Below, piece after piece: positions 12,941 to 26,526 of a stretch of DNA of 64,000 bases. The position numbers and the translations under genes are program-made. The notes below the pieces were generated by a model. It saw nothing but the letters and a program-made list of their open reading frames with translations. It had not been told where the DNA came from and did no database searches. Every line of letters starts with the position of its first letter. Positions within the stretch are counted from its first letter, which is position 1. The DNA is from Lama guanicoe (Eukaryota), in contig MU053810.1 of the NCBI GenBank assembly GCA_013239625.1, positions 248,001 through 312,000 on the forward strand, written 5' to 3'.

Positions 12941-13199
12941 GAATGTATTTTTTGTTTAGCAGAAGATCCTAAACAGAAGCTATTTACAATGTTTCAATCA
13001 CTTATTAAAATTAAAAAAAAAAACTAGGCATGTATGAGAAAATAGAAATTCTTCAACTAGAAAGAAAAAAATGTAAAAAGTCAGACAGCCTCTTGATGAA
13101 AATGGATAAATTAACGTTTACATTTCCTTGAGAACATTTACGACCTAGGCAGCATGTTTAGATGAACTGGTCATTTGTTGTATTTTAGAAACTCAGATA

Positions 13200-13636
13200 G
13201 TGTGATGGATACCAGGTTGCCTCCCATTAGCCACACAACACTTTCCTTTGTGAAGTTCCTGAGTTTTCATTAGGTCCACATCACTCCCACACCGCTTGTG
13301 ATTTGGGGAAAGTTAACTCTACTCCTGGCTGTAAGATCATGGCATTTGGCTCAGACCTTGAATAAGGAAGCGATGAATCTAGAAGTTGCCGGCAGCCACG
13401 TTGTGGCCACAAGGACTGAACTATCAGATGACACTGTGGAGAAGAGAGCAAAAAAACTGGTAGAAACAAAGGTCTTGATCTCAGAATCGTCTTACTGAAT
13501 CAAACCAATTGTAAGCCAGCCCTGTCTCTGGAGGGTGACACGCATCAGCCAACTTCCCTCCTTGACTGCTTAAGCCAGTTTGCAATTTGATCTATGTTTT
13601 CTGCTGCTGCTGGTCAAATGCATCCTAACTGATACA
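13200..13636 (+). mobile_element. Old MaLR LTR (MLT1K/L-like)
   Basis: ggcagccacgttgtggccacaagg...gcttaagccagttt...ends catcctaactgataca. Confidence 0.65.
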
Positions 13637-15021
13637 GATGGTCCAACAAGAAGTTCACGTATTTCTAACTTATTCCATAAGCGTGAACCAAAAACAAGAG
13701 TCTACTTCCCATCTAAGGGTTAGAAATAAACTTGAAAATGATTGCATTGCCTTAATAACAAATATGCCATTATTCATCCTGACTAAAAACAGCACGGGAT
13801 AAATGGTTGCTCCTGTCAAACGGAGTGTGGGAAAACGGTCACTGCTCCTCACGCGCATCGTGAAAATGTGCATCCACTTAAAATGTGAAAAGAACAAGGC
13901 AGGCAGAGGAGGACACAAACTTTGGAATGATTTTGAAAGATCTGAGACACATGGTAAGGGTGAGAGGCTAAAAAAATGACAGCTTTGCAAAAGAAAAGGA
14001 CTGGATTTAAACAATTTGTGAAGATTATCTAACCTTCGCACCATCCCCCCCACCCCGATTTCTGTGTATTCGAAATCCACCCCTAATGTAGGAAATTTCT
14101 GCACGAGCGATTGGAAACCTATTTCCACTTTCTTCAGAGATAAGGAAGAGACTCACTGAATGCAGCCTGGGAGGGATATTAACATGAAATTAAAATTAAC
14201 TTGTAATGGCTTATGAAAAAATAACGAGGAAAGTCATTTCTCTGAGGAGTTCCACAAGATGTGAATCAGAGCTCGCGCTGCCGGTAAGGAAAATGTATAA
14301 TTTAGCACAAACGGCCTGGAGCCCCTTCAGAACTGGAGAGACGCTACTCCTTGGAAGTTACTAAAATTCCAGGGGATGTGCCAAACCTCGGATGGCTGGG
14401 ACGAGCCAGGAACCCTGAGGAAAAGGTGAGGGAAGCCACACACGAGGAAGCAACAACCAATAGGAAGCAAAGGCCAGCTGGCTTCCAAGAAGGAAGGTCA
14501 TGGGGTTTCCAGTGATGGAGCAAATGTTCTGGGTAAGGAAGTATTAAATCTCATGTCCTGTTAAGATGCTGAGTGATCTGATTTGTCAGAAACATGAAAG
14601 AATGGAGCTTTGGTGTCAAAGGTTTGGTCATTTGGCACAACCCTCTGGTTTGACTTGTATTTATTTTCTGACTCACACTAATGGAAAAAAGAGACATTTG
14701 TTTTTGTTGGGAGAGTCAAAGAGGTAACCCTGTCCTGTTTTACTCAGGCAGCTCAAGTGGAAGAGACAAGTAGGTAAGAGGCCTGGGGGGCACGTCTACA
14801 TCCCAACGAAGGCTAGGTTGCACAGACTGCACGAAACATCTGCATGCATCTTAGGAGAATAAATAAGCTACGCCTAGTTCTTACAGTTACGTGGAAAATA
14901 GAAAAGAAAAGAAACTTACGTAACTTACTCTTCCAAGACTACTTTTGACTTGTTAATTTTTTGTATATTTTACTTCAGATATACTAGGAAAAACTCAAGT
15001 TTCCTTCATAGAAAATTCCCC

Positions 15022-15083
15022 GACATACACCTGAAACTAACATTGTAAATCAACTACACTTCAACAAAAAATAAGAAAAAAAG
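15022..15083 (+). mobile_element. Very short L1 3' end with degenerate TSD
   Basis: tacacctgaaactaacattgtaaatcaactacacttc plus A-rich tail; flanks agaaaattcccc/agaacatcccc. Confidence 0.7.
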
Positions 15084-15269
15084 AGAACATCCCCCTACAC
15101 TCACTGGAAAAGACTATAGAGCATTCTTCTACATTGTCAAGATCCAATCATAGCTGAAAATCCTAAAATAAACTAAAAAGAGTGGGTGGTAAAATTAAAT
15201 TAAAGCATAAAAAATGAAAAAGAAAACAGTATTAGGGTAAATTTAATTTACTGAGTAATTTATTATTGG

Positions 15270-15520
15270 TAGAACTATTTTTGAATCTAGCTTCTGGCCA
15301 TATGTAAATTTAATTAGTATACCTTCCATGTCTTCTTCCAAGCGATTTATTTTTCCAATATTGGAAAGAATATGTTCTGAGCCAGCCCTGGGGGAAGTCC
15401 CCGTAAATTTCCTTTCAGGGATACATTTTCCACTGATCAGCAGCCTTTGGGCACGGCCGTTCAACTGATCATCTGTCCATCTAAACGCAGTATTATTTAG
15501 TTTATCTTTCCCATCTCACC
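15270..15520 (-). mobile_element. L3/CR1 RT fragment
   Basis: Translation LNGRAQRLLISG...NRLEEDMEGILIKFTYGQKL resembles CR1/L3 LNGRTQRVLING...NDLEEDIEGMLIKFADDTKL. Confidence 0.75.
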
Positions 15521-15529
15521 TACAAGGAT

Positions 15530-15760
15530 ATTCATTGATTCACTCAACAAACGTTTATTGAACGCTTATTATGTGCCAGGTCCTACAAGTACTGGGCTAA
15601 ATGACTCTTCACCCTGGCCTTAAGAAAATCACTGTCTAATCCTCCACGGGCTGTTAAAAAAAAAGAAAAAAGAAATCACAATACACTGTGTGTGTTAAGT
15701 CCAGCATCGCCAAGCACATGAGGGTTTATCCATGCCAGAAGTTTCCTGAAGTGATGATTC
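15530..15760. mobile_element. L2 3' end fragment
   Basis: attcattgattcactcaacaaacgtttattgaacgcttattatgtgccagg. Confidence 0.65.
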
Positions 15761-15812
15761 CTGCTTCCTTTCTGAATGCGTTCACAGCCCATCACTTTCA
15801 CAGTATATGTTT

Positions 15813-16011
15813 TTGGTTTTTTAATTACAAAAAAATTTTTTAACTTCTTTTATTTTGAGGGGAGTTTTTTTGTTTTGGTTTGGTTTTTTGTTTGTTTGTC
15901 TTGGGGGGGGTTATTAGGTTTATTTATTTATTATAATGGAGGTACTGGGGATTGAACCCATGACCTCATGCATGCCAGGCATGCACTCTACCACTGAGCT
16001 GTACCCTCCCC
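15813..16011 (-). mobile_element. tRNA-derived SINE (Vic-1 type)
   Basis: Reverse complement ggggagggtacagctcagtggtagagtgcatgcc...gggttcaatccccagtacctcc with a long A-rich tail. Confidence 0.85.
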
Positions 16012-17999
16012 TTCATGGTATGTTTTAGCATCTATCCAGGACCAATTCAGTCCTTACAGTCATAGATTTACATGTTTCAATGATGTAAATATTTACTTAT
16101 TTTTTTTAAGTCAAAATGGTTTCTCAAAACTATTTTAAGCCAAAGAATATCCACAATGATGGATACATTATTCTTTAAAATCAGTTTGGAAGAATTTACC
16201 TAGAATATGCAGTGCAGAGACTCGATCTTTCTCACGTCACCACGTGGTGAAAAAACCATCATACTGGTAGAGCCCTGCAGTAAAGACGGACATTAGGTGA
16301 CTAATATCCTTTTTACCAATTACAAGCAGATGCAAATAGCCTGATTCCATCTCACAAAAAGCAAAATTTTTGTCTGTTTATCTATTTCTCTTATTCACGG
16401 TTTCCACAGAAAAAACAAAGTACCACTTGCTCTCTGAAATTTGGTAGCTGATACGTCCAGCAGGCTTACGAATAATAAAATCACCCCGTAAGGCACAATG
16501 CCACGCATACAACCTGCATTTACTGAGAATCTAATATGTGGAAAGCTCTGTGCTAGCTTCTTGAGGCACCTCATGTGAGGCGGACAGAAGAATTCCTACT
16601 TGTACAGTGAAAGGATCTGGGAACAGAGAGGCACCCTAACCTGCCAAGTATCCTGGAGCTAGGTTTGCCCGATTCTAAAATCCTTTTCCTTTCCACCACC
16701 CCTGCTGGCAAAACCTGCAACTTGGCCATGGCCTTGCCTAGCTGCATGGGGTGATGGCAAGCTGACAGCAAACAAAACCGCAAGTCGGGAGAAACACGCT
16801 CTCGTGCAAAGCAAGTGAAAAGAGCTTTCTAGGAGTTGAATTTGTTGGGTCTAGGAACACAGATTCTTCAGGGAGAGGAGGAGTTGTTCTGCGGAATAAT
16901 AATAAGGACATCTGTCAGTTTCTATCATCCAAAAGGGGAGTTTCACAGGACATGCTATTACAGGTTTTCTTCCCTCTTGTTAAGTCCCAGAGACTGCGGA
17001 ACTAGTGCTATCAGAAACCATCAATTATTTCAGCAGATCGACGAAGAGAGTTTTCATGTAAAATTCCAGGTGTGTAGAAGTCTCCAACCCGAACAGTGGG
17101 AACATGGATAGACTCTCCAAATAAGGAATACATAGCCACAAATCGCGGATTGTTAAATAATCATTCTTTCCAGAGAGCAGTGTAATGAGAAATACCTCGG
17201 GGCTGAAATGATCCAGTAATGTGGATGCAAGAGCATGCAAAGCGATGTAACTAAACAAATAATAAACAGATGGGCACTGGAAAACAAAATGTTAATTCTA
17301 AAGTAAGTAAACATTAGATCTCCTTTATAACAAGTTTTCACGTGAGTGTGTCCTGGAGAAAAATGGCAGATGAAGATTCCGAGGTTTCCTGGGAGTGGGT
17401 GGATGAGCTGGATAATTAACCCTCAGAGCCCTTCCTGGTTCCAGTCTTACCTCTTGAAAAGCATTTTCTCCATATCCATAAGGCAAAAAAGGGAGAGAGG
17501 GCTCTCTCTCTGATGCTGAAAGTCCTCTAGATCACTGTCACCTGAATTAATTACCTCCTACAATTTAGCAGACAGATACTGAACATTTCGTACATCGGGG
17601 GAAGGAGCTTCATATTAGAGCCAAAGAGAGAGCCAGAGGATGAGGTCCCAGTGCTTGTGAAGAGGATGGTTCAGAGAGGGTGAAGAAAGACAGAGGACAG
17701 GCAAGATCATTTATGACTGCAACAAACAGTAGGAGGGAGGAGAGGAGGGGGGACAGTGATGGAGAAGACAGTGCCTGCAGAAGGCATCCCTGAGGATGCT
17801 TTTTCTACTACAGCAGAGGGAAGGTAGAGAACCTCGTCTTCCTCCCTCCCCCACTTCTTCCGCATTTATAGATTTGATGGTACAAAATGAGAGGTGGGTA
17901 TGGAGGGCTGCGCTGCCAGTGTGGGGTGGAGACATTTACTGAGCTCTGACAATATTGCTTTGAATGAACCCTGCAGGTGGTCTGAGGAGTGTCCAGTGA

Positions 18000-18460
18000 G
18001 CAGGCTGTCCTGATGCCACGTGTTACGTGTTAACATGGGACTGTGGGATCACGCCAGAGGGGAGCCTGGCCAGTTGTAGGGGCTCAGAGAAGACTTCCTG
18101 ATGGAAATGAATGTGGGAGATGATGGACAAGTAGAATTCCCCCAAAGAATGTGGCATGGGGTGGGGGATGAGGGGATGGGTTCCCTCAGGCAGAGGGAAG
18201 AGTCTTTGCAAAAGGCCCGAGGTGGCAGAGAGCACAGGGCGCGGCGACTAGCACGGAGTATGGAATGGTCGGATTGGGGGGGGGGCAGGGAGTGATGAGG
18301 ATGGGCAAGGCTGGGTGCATGTGGTGGGGGGTTGGATCCTGGAGAGCAACCAAGCAACCAGACTGGGAGTCTGGACTTTATCCAGATGGCATTGCAAAGC
18401 CATTCAGAGTAGATCTGAGGAGGGTCACAGATGGAGACTCGGATCCAAGAATGGGAAGAA
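18000..18460. mobile_element. Degraded L2 LINE
   Basis: gggctcagagaagacttcctg...ttccctcaggcagagggaagagtctttgcaaaggcccgaggtgg...ctggactttatcc. Confidence 0.6.
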
Positions 18461-18544
18461 CTGAAACACTGGCTAGGATCCTGGTCTTCAACAATCTCCA
18501 CTTTTGCGATGAACTTCCAGTTAATCAATGAAGGAGGTGCTTTT

Positions 18545-18572
18545 GTGTGTGTGTGTGTGTGTGTGCGCGCGC
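18545..18572. repeat. (TG)n/(CG)n microsatellite
   Basis: gtgtgtgtgtgtgtgtgtgtgcgcgcgc read directly. Confidence 0.9.
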
Positions 18573-19812
18573 ACGTGCCAAAGGGGAGTAGGGAGAGGGA
18601 AAGACTGAGATGCAGGAGAGATGGAGAGAGAGACACAGGAGGAAGGAGGGTGGCTCCTGCAAACACAGCAGCACCCACTTCCCCACCCTGAGGTCCTTCT
18701 CACCACGAGCATCTCTGGATCCCCACCCACCACTCCCCACCATTCTTCTGCCTTTGGTCACTGGAGGCACAGGCTGGGAGGAGGGGTGGGACTGGGAAGG
18801 TGGGGAGGGGATATTATGAGGCTGCGGGCGGGGGTGTTGGGTGGCCTTCCTCTGCTCTCTAAGATTAGAAGCCTGCTTGTGCCTCTGTGATGTTTTCCTT
18901 CTTATCTGCATGTCAAACGAGAAGGAGCGAGTTTCTCCCCGTCTTGCACCACATGTTTCGTGTTTTCATCTGAGTGATACCCTTGGATACAGCACCGCAG
19001 CCTCACAGGAGGAAAGGAGCCGAGGACACCTCACCACTCGTTCCTAACCGTGTTCTCTAACAGACTGTTTCTTCCAAGAATAAAAGAGACGGCTAACGTT
19101 TGCACCATTTTACACAGCTGACTTGGTTCCACCCCCAACGAGGGACTTGTATGTCAGCAGGTCCAGTGGCAGCAACATGAGGACCTTCTCTGGACTTCCT
19201 ACAGTATTAACATCTCCACCATCTCCCTCTACACCCAGGCCAGCCAGGGATGAGACTAAGAAGGAAGCTTAGGTCATACGTCCATGTGTTTTCATAAAAG
19301 AAAGACACAAATGCCATCACCCATGGGCAGGAAGGTAATGTAACCATGAGATTCACTTCCTATTAGAGTTAAAAACCAACGCGTGATATTTTAGAGGGGA
19401 GAATATTCTAAATGGAGGTACATAGAGTCACTGAATTTTAGGGATCTGAGTCTCCAAATCCTCTCCAAAAAGGAAGTGTGGTTTTGATTTCCAGCTGTTT
19501 TTTGTTTTTTTTTTTTTCCCGGATGCCTATTGTGCTGGTGCTCATGTGTGCTGATTAGGAAGATCTGAGCACCAAAGAAGCATGCCCAGTATTCTGGGAA
19601 AATGTGACCAGCGCTCTGCTCTGTGCTGAAACAGTGACTGACAGAAGGCAAGATGCCAGAATCAAAATTTTGAACTGAAAAATCACTGTGGAACAGCAGA
19701 GAACACCTTGGCTTTGGAGGAAGCTGGGTTCAAAATGCCATTCCAACATCTACTGAGTATATAACGTTAAACAAAGTACTTGATCTGTTTTCTTATCAGT
19801 AAAAACACAGAA

Positions 19813-20330
19813 CAGGCACCGCGCGGTTTACTGCACGCGACTGAACTCTCCTTCACTGTGCTTCACAGATGCTGCGTTGTTTTTTTGTTTTGTTTTTCAC
19901 AAATAAGCTTTCTGGTAACTTCATCAAGCAAGTCTTTCAGTGCCCCTTCCTCACTTGGCACTTGCTCACTTCATGTCTCTGTGTCACATTTTGGTAATTC
20001 TCAAAATATTTCCAATTTTTCATTGTATTATTATTGTATCTGTTACGATGATCTGTGATCTTTGATGTCATTATTGCAAAAAGATTGCAACTTGCAGAAG
20101 GCTCAGATGATGGTTAACATTTTTTAGCAACAAAGTATTTTTAAATTAAGGTATATACATTTTTTTTAGACATAACACTACTGCACACTGAAGGGTCTAT
20201 GGTACAGTGTTGATGTAACTTTCATGTGCACTGGGAAATCAAGAAATTCATGTGACTCGGTTTATAGTGATACTCACTTTATGGCAGGGGGTCTGAAACC
20301 ACACCTGCAATATCTCCAAGGTTATGTCTG
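19813..20330 (+). mobile_element. Tigger1-like TcMar DNA transposon, internally deleted
   Basis: Termini caggcaccgcgcggtttactgc... and ...tgcaatatctccaaggttatgtctg followed by TA; internal gaaggctcagatgatggttaacattttttagcaacaaagtattttt. Confidence 0.8.
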
Positions 20331-20499
20331 TATGTAATATGCCCCTTATAGGATTATGGTGAGAATTAAATCAAATACAAATTTGATTACATAGCGAATA
20401 TACGTGATACATTTTATGTATGTAAAATACCCAGTAACAGTGCCTTGGCTAAATAAAATATGCATACCGGCAAGAGAAGCTGCAAAACTCCACAGTCTT

Positions 20500-20640
20500 C
20501 TCAGAAAATGAAGAGAGTTCTGTGGATGGATGGCGGTGATGGTTGCACAACAGTGTAATGTAATTAATGCCATTGAATCATACACTTAAAAATGGTTAAG
20601 ATGGTAAATTTTATGTGTGTTTTACCACCATTGAAGAAAA
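20500..20640 (+). mobile_element. Old L1 3' end (L1MB-like)
   Basis: gagttctgtggatggatggcggtgatggttgcacaacagtgtaatgtaattaatgcc...aaatggttaagatggtaaattttatg. Confidence 0.75.
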
Positions 20641-23600
20641 TTTGAAGGACAATTTGGAAAGTGTTTAAAATATCTGGGTAGAGAAACTCACAGAGATCAA
20701 GAAGGAGATTTCTTCCACTTTAAACTGGTTGGTTTTCTTTCCAGCCTAGGGCATTGCTTCTCATCACTGAAACAGGCATTTTAAGGAGTGAATTGTTGCT
20801 AATTAAAATGTTCAGTGGAGCGTAATTTAAATACAAAATGACACACTGGGTTTTTATCATGAATCACATGGTTTAGAAGATGAGGAAGAGAGGAATTATT
20901 CATTATAAAATAAAAGCCTTTGTTCTGAAGATCACTACACCCACTTTTAACTTAGGTTTAACATTTACAAATAAAATCAGCTTTGTGCATTAAAATAGAA
21001 AGGCTTCATTTCCAGTGATGATGGACATTTGCAGGACCATGTACCAACAGATATGAAACATAGAAGGACCTCTTCCATCCCCAGGAAGGTCCTGGAGTCC
21101 TCCTCACCACCGAGGGTGCAAGTATCCTGCTCGCATCCCCAGACTGGAGATCCGTGAGGGCAGGACCTCGTCCCGCTGCTCCTGCCGTGGGCTCGGGGAG
21201 CACTATGTAAACACTTGGTGAGTGAACACAACTTTATATTTAATCTACTCCAAGTTGTAAAGTCTAAACAGTTTTGCGCTAATGCAGATGTTTCATTGAT
21301 TATACGCATTAAAGCAAACAAACAACTGAGAGAGGCCATGAGCTTCCTGAGAGAATAGAAAAGCAAACGCCTGTGCTGGGTCGGAAGTCGCAGAGGATGA
21401 TGCTTCTTGGTGTTCTGCCAGCAAAACTAGATGCACCGTGCCTGGGCGGTCCCGGAGTTGGGACAGCCCGCCTCTCGGTCCACAGTCTATAGAGAGGCCC
21501 CCCAGCCCCCAAACCCTCGCCCTCCCATCATCCTATCTCATATTCTTCACACCCTGTGTCAACTTCTGGGACTACCTGGCTTACTGTCTATGTCCCGTGC
21601 CCCTCCCCCTCCAGGATAACCCCCATCAAAGGGAGACTGTCTTGGTTACTATTGTATCCTCTCTCCTAGAACAGCAGGTGTCACGTGCCAAATGAGAACA
21701 TGAACCAATGAACAGCTGCACAAAACCAGTTCTCATCTCCTGCGCATATTGTCACCCAAGCCCCACTGAACAAGGCCAGAATCCTGGCCACTATCATCAC
21801 CTCAAATTGTCTGGCTGATGTCACCGTAGGGTCCTACCCAGGGAACCTGAGATGCTGCCACTCAACAGCAGGGAAAATGACGGGGAATGAGCTGGTGGGA
21901 AGGACAATGACACCACACTCCAGTTGCAAGGACATGAAACACTGGCAAGAAGTCAAGAATCATGGTGATGCTGAATGGGGAGATGGAGCAGGTGGCTCTG
22001 GAGGGCCAGCCAGACTCTCTCCTGAACAGAATCTACAGAATGGCTCTATTTTCTTCACAGCACATGATCTGAATTGTCCCCTATTCTGATGATGGGTCCT
22101 GAACAATGATGGACAACGTCTGGACTTTTCAAGGCCATACTCAATCGATTGAAAACTTTTTTTTTTTTAAACTAAGATTGACCACGCTCTTGCAAGTATC
22201 TAATCCCAGATCTGGTACCAAGTTCAATGGCAAATAATTCACACACAGAAAAATCACTGTGAGAAGAGCAGTATCTAGCTCCAAAGAATCAGCGCTGATC
22301 TCTGTAGACTTAATTCTGAAATAAAGTCTTGGCTGCAGCCTGAACACAATCCTCTACCTTGTTTCATTTGTTTATGTTGTAAGATGATGAAATCATCAGG
22401 TCCTGGAAGGAATCCTGAGGGTTACAAGGCACGGTTTCTTCTCTCAAGGAGTTTTCCCTTTGATGGAGGCATGCGGGACCCTACTTCACCCTCAGTGATG
22501 CATCTTCCTGGTCCCTCTGTCCCTTGTCTGCTGATCCTGGATGACTCTACTGATTCTCACGCTGAAAAGAGCTTTTATAAAATGCTATCTCATGTCACGC
22601 AGGATGTGGATCAAATGTGATCTCAAAGAAGGGAGGTGTCAGGGAGGCTTAGGGCACTAGGGTAAGCTTCACTGGTGAGATGAAGAAAGGAAATGTCACT
22701 GGGCAGGATGTGAAAAGACAAGACAAGAAGGTTCCCACCCATGGTCATGGTGTATGTACATGTGGGGTGTGGGGGAGGGGAGGGGTGGGGGCCTCATGAG
22801 GAAAAGCAAGAGAGACGGTCCAGAGGCAGAAATGAGCCTGCCAGAGGACAGGATTTTGGGGAGAAGGAGGTGCTACAGTTATGTAAGAGATGAACAGGTG
22901 ACAAATGGCTTCAAGTAGTGAGGTGAGGGACTTGGGCTCCATTTTAGAATCCTCTATCCTCATGGCTGGAAAGAGGTCATTAGTCCAAACTATACCCCAA
23001 AAGGAGGATAAAAGCCCTCTTTGGGAGCTTTAATGCCCTTCTGCCCTGAGGTCCCTCTGAGCTCACTAGGGATCAGCTGATCATACAGAGGGATGCAGCC
23101 CCACCGCTGGCTCCTCTCCTCTCTGCCCACAACACTGAACTCACAACCACCTCAGCAGACATTCACTGCCTTCTGGACCTGAGACCCTCACTTTAGGAGA
23201 TGCCACCAGCCAGCACTGGTTCGAGCCCAGAGAAATGCAACAGCATAACAAAATCGGGAACTTAAAAAAAAAAAAAAGCTGTTCAGATATTGTCAGAGTC
23301 ACCATTCGGCACTTTTCCGCAAGATGTTGAGGAGGCTGAAAGAAAACCAGGAGTAGAGAATGTGTCCCCATCTGTAATGACTATAATCCAGCTCTTCCCA
23401 CACAATGAGCTCTTCACAGCCGCACAGAGGGCCCCGAACTTCGCTGACAGCCTCGACGTGGGAGCCACACAGAGTGTGGAAGGAAGGACAAATCTTTAGC
23501 TCTGTTTCTGGACCAGTTTTACTGTATATGTAAGATGTGTTTATTGTCATCTTGGGCTTCCAATACCTTGGAACAAGATGTTTCCACATCAGTGGAGGAC

Positions 23601-23909
23601 AAAGCTGATTGCATGAAGTTATGGTTTTTGAGATCACAATAAAATAAATCCCCTGGTAAATTAAACAGAAGGGCAATGTTTGTTGTATGCTTTTAAAAAA
23701 CTAACAAGCAAGAACTCAGCATCTAATAAAAACATCCCCTTTCTTTTAAGTGCAGACCATTATCGCTCTGTTGTTTTATCTTTGCTCCTTAGCTTCTTAA
23801 CACTTAATAGAACAAACTGAATGTCAAAGCGCTGTGAGGCCAGGAGAGTCTGTTGCACCTCTGAACACGATGCATAGCACTTATCTCTTCCAAGGTTAAC
23901 TGCACTTCA

Positions 23910-24050
23910 GAGCAGTGTCCTAACCTCAGAAATGCATCAGAATCAAGCTGAGATCTTCTACAAACACAAACCCCCGGACCCCACCCCACGCTTAATGAGT
24001 CAGAATCTCCGAAAGGGTATCACACAGGTTTTCCTTGGTGACACCCACAG
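23910..24050. mobile_element. MER5-like DNA transposon fragment
   Basis: cagtgtcctaacctcagaaatgcatcagaatca...gagtcagaatctc. Confidence 0.55.
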
Positions 24051-24689
24051 ATATGACAATGAAATTACTTTCTAAATGTGAATTTTCACCTTTCATACGC
24101 TCTACTAAGAAAATGCAAAGTATTAAAACACTCTAGTATTCCTGGAAAGAAACTAGCATAGGTTTTTTGTGCATGAATCTCTCTTTTCAGAACAAAAAAG
24201 CTACAGCATTTCACTCCAAAGGGAAAGAAAGAGCCCCAATTCTCAGGAATAAGGTGGGAGACTGTTACCTTTTCACAAGCATCCAGATGCGTCCACACCA
24301 GCTCAGCTGCGTGTGTTTCATTGCTCCCAACAAAAGCTGCTCAGGGCTTGTGCCTCAGTTCGGTTCTTTGACAAGGGGTGGTGAGAACATTCCCCAGTAT
24401 ATCCTGACTAATCCCCTGCACATGCCCTCAACCACACATGCAGGAGGAACACTGAGCTGCCGGACCCATCCTCTAAGTCGGTGTTAAAGGGAAAAGGGGC
24501 TCAAAGGTAGAGAATAAGGCTGTTTTCCTGGATATGAGGGAGAATAAGGTAAATTGGGGAGCAATTCTCAAGGGCTCTGAAGGCTGGGGCACAGCAGCTG
24601 GACATCTCTCAATTATAAGCTCGTAGCTGCCAATGGGTTTTGATCATAAAGAGGCTGAGAACAAACAGCAGAGCACAGGAATGAAGAGC

Positions 24690-24905
24690 TTGGACTCTGG
24701 ACCTCGAAGCCAGACTTCCAAGGTCCGAATCCCAGAGCTACTGACTCCAGCTGTGGGACCTCGAGCATGTGGCTTACCCTCTCTGTGCCTGGGTTTTTTC
24801 GCCTACAAAATGGGGATGATAATAGTACCTTCCCTGCTGGGTTGTTCTGGGGACCAAATGAGTTTGTGTAGGTGAGGAATTTAGACCATAGTATGTGTTG
24901 CACTA
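24690..24905 (+). mobile_element. MIR SINE
   Basis: gagcttggactctgg...ctctgtgcctggg...caaaatggggatgataatagtacct. Confidence 0.7.
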
Positions 24906-25149
24906 AGTAATTCTGGAAGATGCATTCAAAGGAGAAAACACTGGGTGGAGAGAAAACCAGCGGGGAGGATACGGCAGAATCTATTTAAGCGCCTTCGGTT
25001 TTTCACATGGACTGAAGCATCAGCTGCCACAACCCTAATATGTTACATCAAGGAGATGCTTCAGAGGGACTGTGATGACCTCTTGTGATGTGACATTGGG
25101 GGAAAGGCTGTGAGGACAGCCTTGGTCATAGGATGAAGGGGGAAACCGG

Positions 25150-25340
25150 GTGTGAAGGCAAAGAGCTCGGGCTGTGGGTCCAGAGGCCTGGGTCTGAATC
25201 CCAGCTGAGCGTTGCTGGGCAAATGACTTAACCTCTCTGATTCTTACTTTCCTTGACCATAAAAATGGGAGCACTTTCAGGATGCCTCATGGAGCTGCAG
25301 TGAGGACAAAATAAGCAATAAAAAGTTATGTGATATTGTA
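25150..25340 (+). mobile_element. MIR SINE
   Basis: gggtctgaatcccagct...gggcaaatgacttaacctctctg...taaaaatggg. Confidence 0.65.
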
Positions 25341-26047
25341 AGAATTATGTAATAATGATATAATATATATTGTCCATATAATAATAATGATAATAATGCC
25401 AAATACTTATCAGGGATTCTGGCACACAGTGGAAAGTCAGGGACACTGACTCTGAGGTCATTGTGATGAAGATGATGAAAGATAAATGTCCTCATGGTTT
25501 TTAAAAAGTCACAAAAGCTGCAAGGAAGCTAGAGACTTATTTACTGAACACTCACTCTCTAAGTACTGTGACAGGTGCTGGTGACCCAAGTTGGTAAGGA
25601 AGCAAAGGAAAGCCGATCTTTGTATCCACAAGAGAGAGGTGGTGCTCCAGGTGTCACCCCCAGGAAAGCTGGGATTGACCTGGGGGTGGAGAGTCACAGG
25701 GAGAATGTGCAACTTGGGCTCTGAGCCAGCACAGTGGATTTTTCCTCTTACAGACGTTATTTCACTCCTTCCCTACAACCTAATAGACACAGACAAGATG
25801 TCATTATCACTGCTCTACAGGTGGCCTGTCTGATGCTTGAGAATCTGGGTTGCTGTTGGCCACGATGCTAGAAAGCTCTGAGCTGGGCCTGGAACCTGAA
25901 ACCAAGCAGGATCCTGCAGGGTCTTCCTGGACACAGACCCCCACTCCCCCCCCCGAAATGTGCCATGTCCCCTGCCTCTTGTTTGCAGAAAAGCTTTAGC
26001 CTCCCAGGCCTTCCCCGAGTTCCAAAGAGCAAATATAACCACAGAAG

Positions 26048-26526
26048 TGAGAAAACGCAGAAACAAAGGCAAACAGTCAAGCCAGACAAAATAATAAGAG
26101 TTCAGCCAAAATCAAGGACTTTCAGTTCCTCCTCAGCGGCTACAGATAATATCCTGAGCCGTAGCCTTGAGCTGTGTTGCAGATACTGAAGCCCCTACCA
26201 GGCGGAAACAGTTAACTACATGTCGACCACCAGCACGTAGACCCCAGACGGGATGGAGCCAGAAAACTGATAACTGAGATTCCAGAAAGAGCACCCTGTT
26301 ACCTCAGCACCAACCAATCAGAATTGTGCATCAGCTGGTCAGTTACCCTGCAACCCACATCCCTAAGTTTCCCTTGAAAACCCCTTCCTTGAAAGCAATC
26401 AGATAGTTGGGGTGTTTTGAGCATGAGCTGCCGGCTCTCCCTGCTTGGCCCCACACTGGGCGCCTTGCAGTAAACACTGTACTTTCCTTCACCACAAGCT
26501 GGTATCGGTAGGTTCGTTTGGTAGCA
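26048..26526 (+). mobile_element. Solo ERV1-type LTR
   Basis: TG...CA ends; ccaaccaatcagaatt (CCAAT box); AGTAAA poly(A)-like signal; ends gtttggtagca like the LTR at 40478; TSD not resolved. Confidence 0.65.

Noticed and set aside
14915..17555. Other minus-strand splice-like signals (GTAAGT pair at ~14915-14928; ATG-containing segment ending AG|GTAAGA at ~17450)
   Set aside because: No recognisable peptide or linked exon chain; expected by chance.
18049..18911. 209-aa and overlapping ORFs
   Set aside because: They span L2 and microsatellite sequence; low complexity, no recognisable domain.
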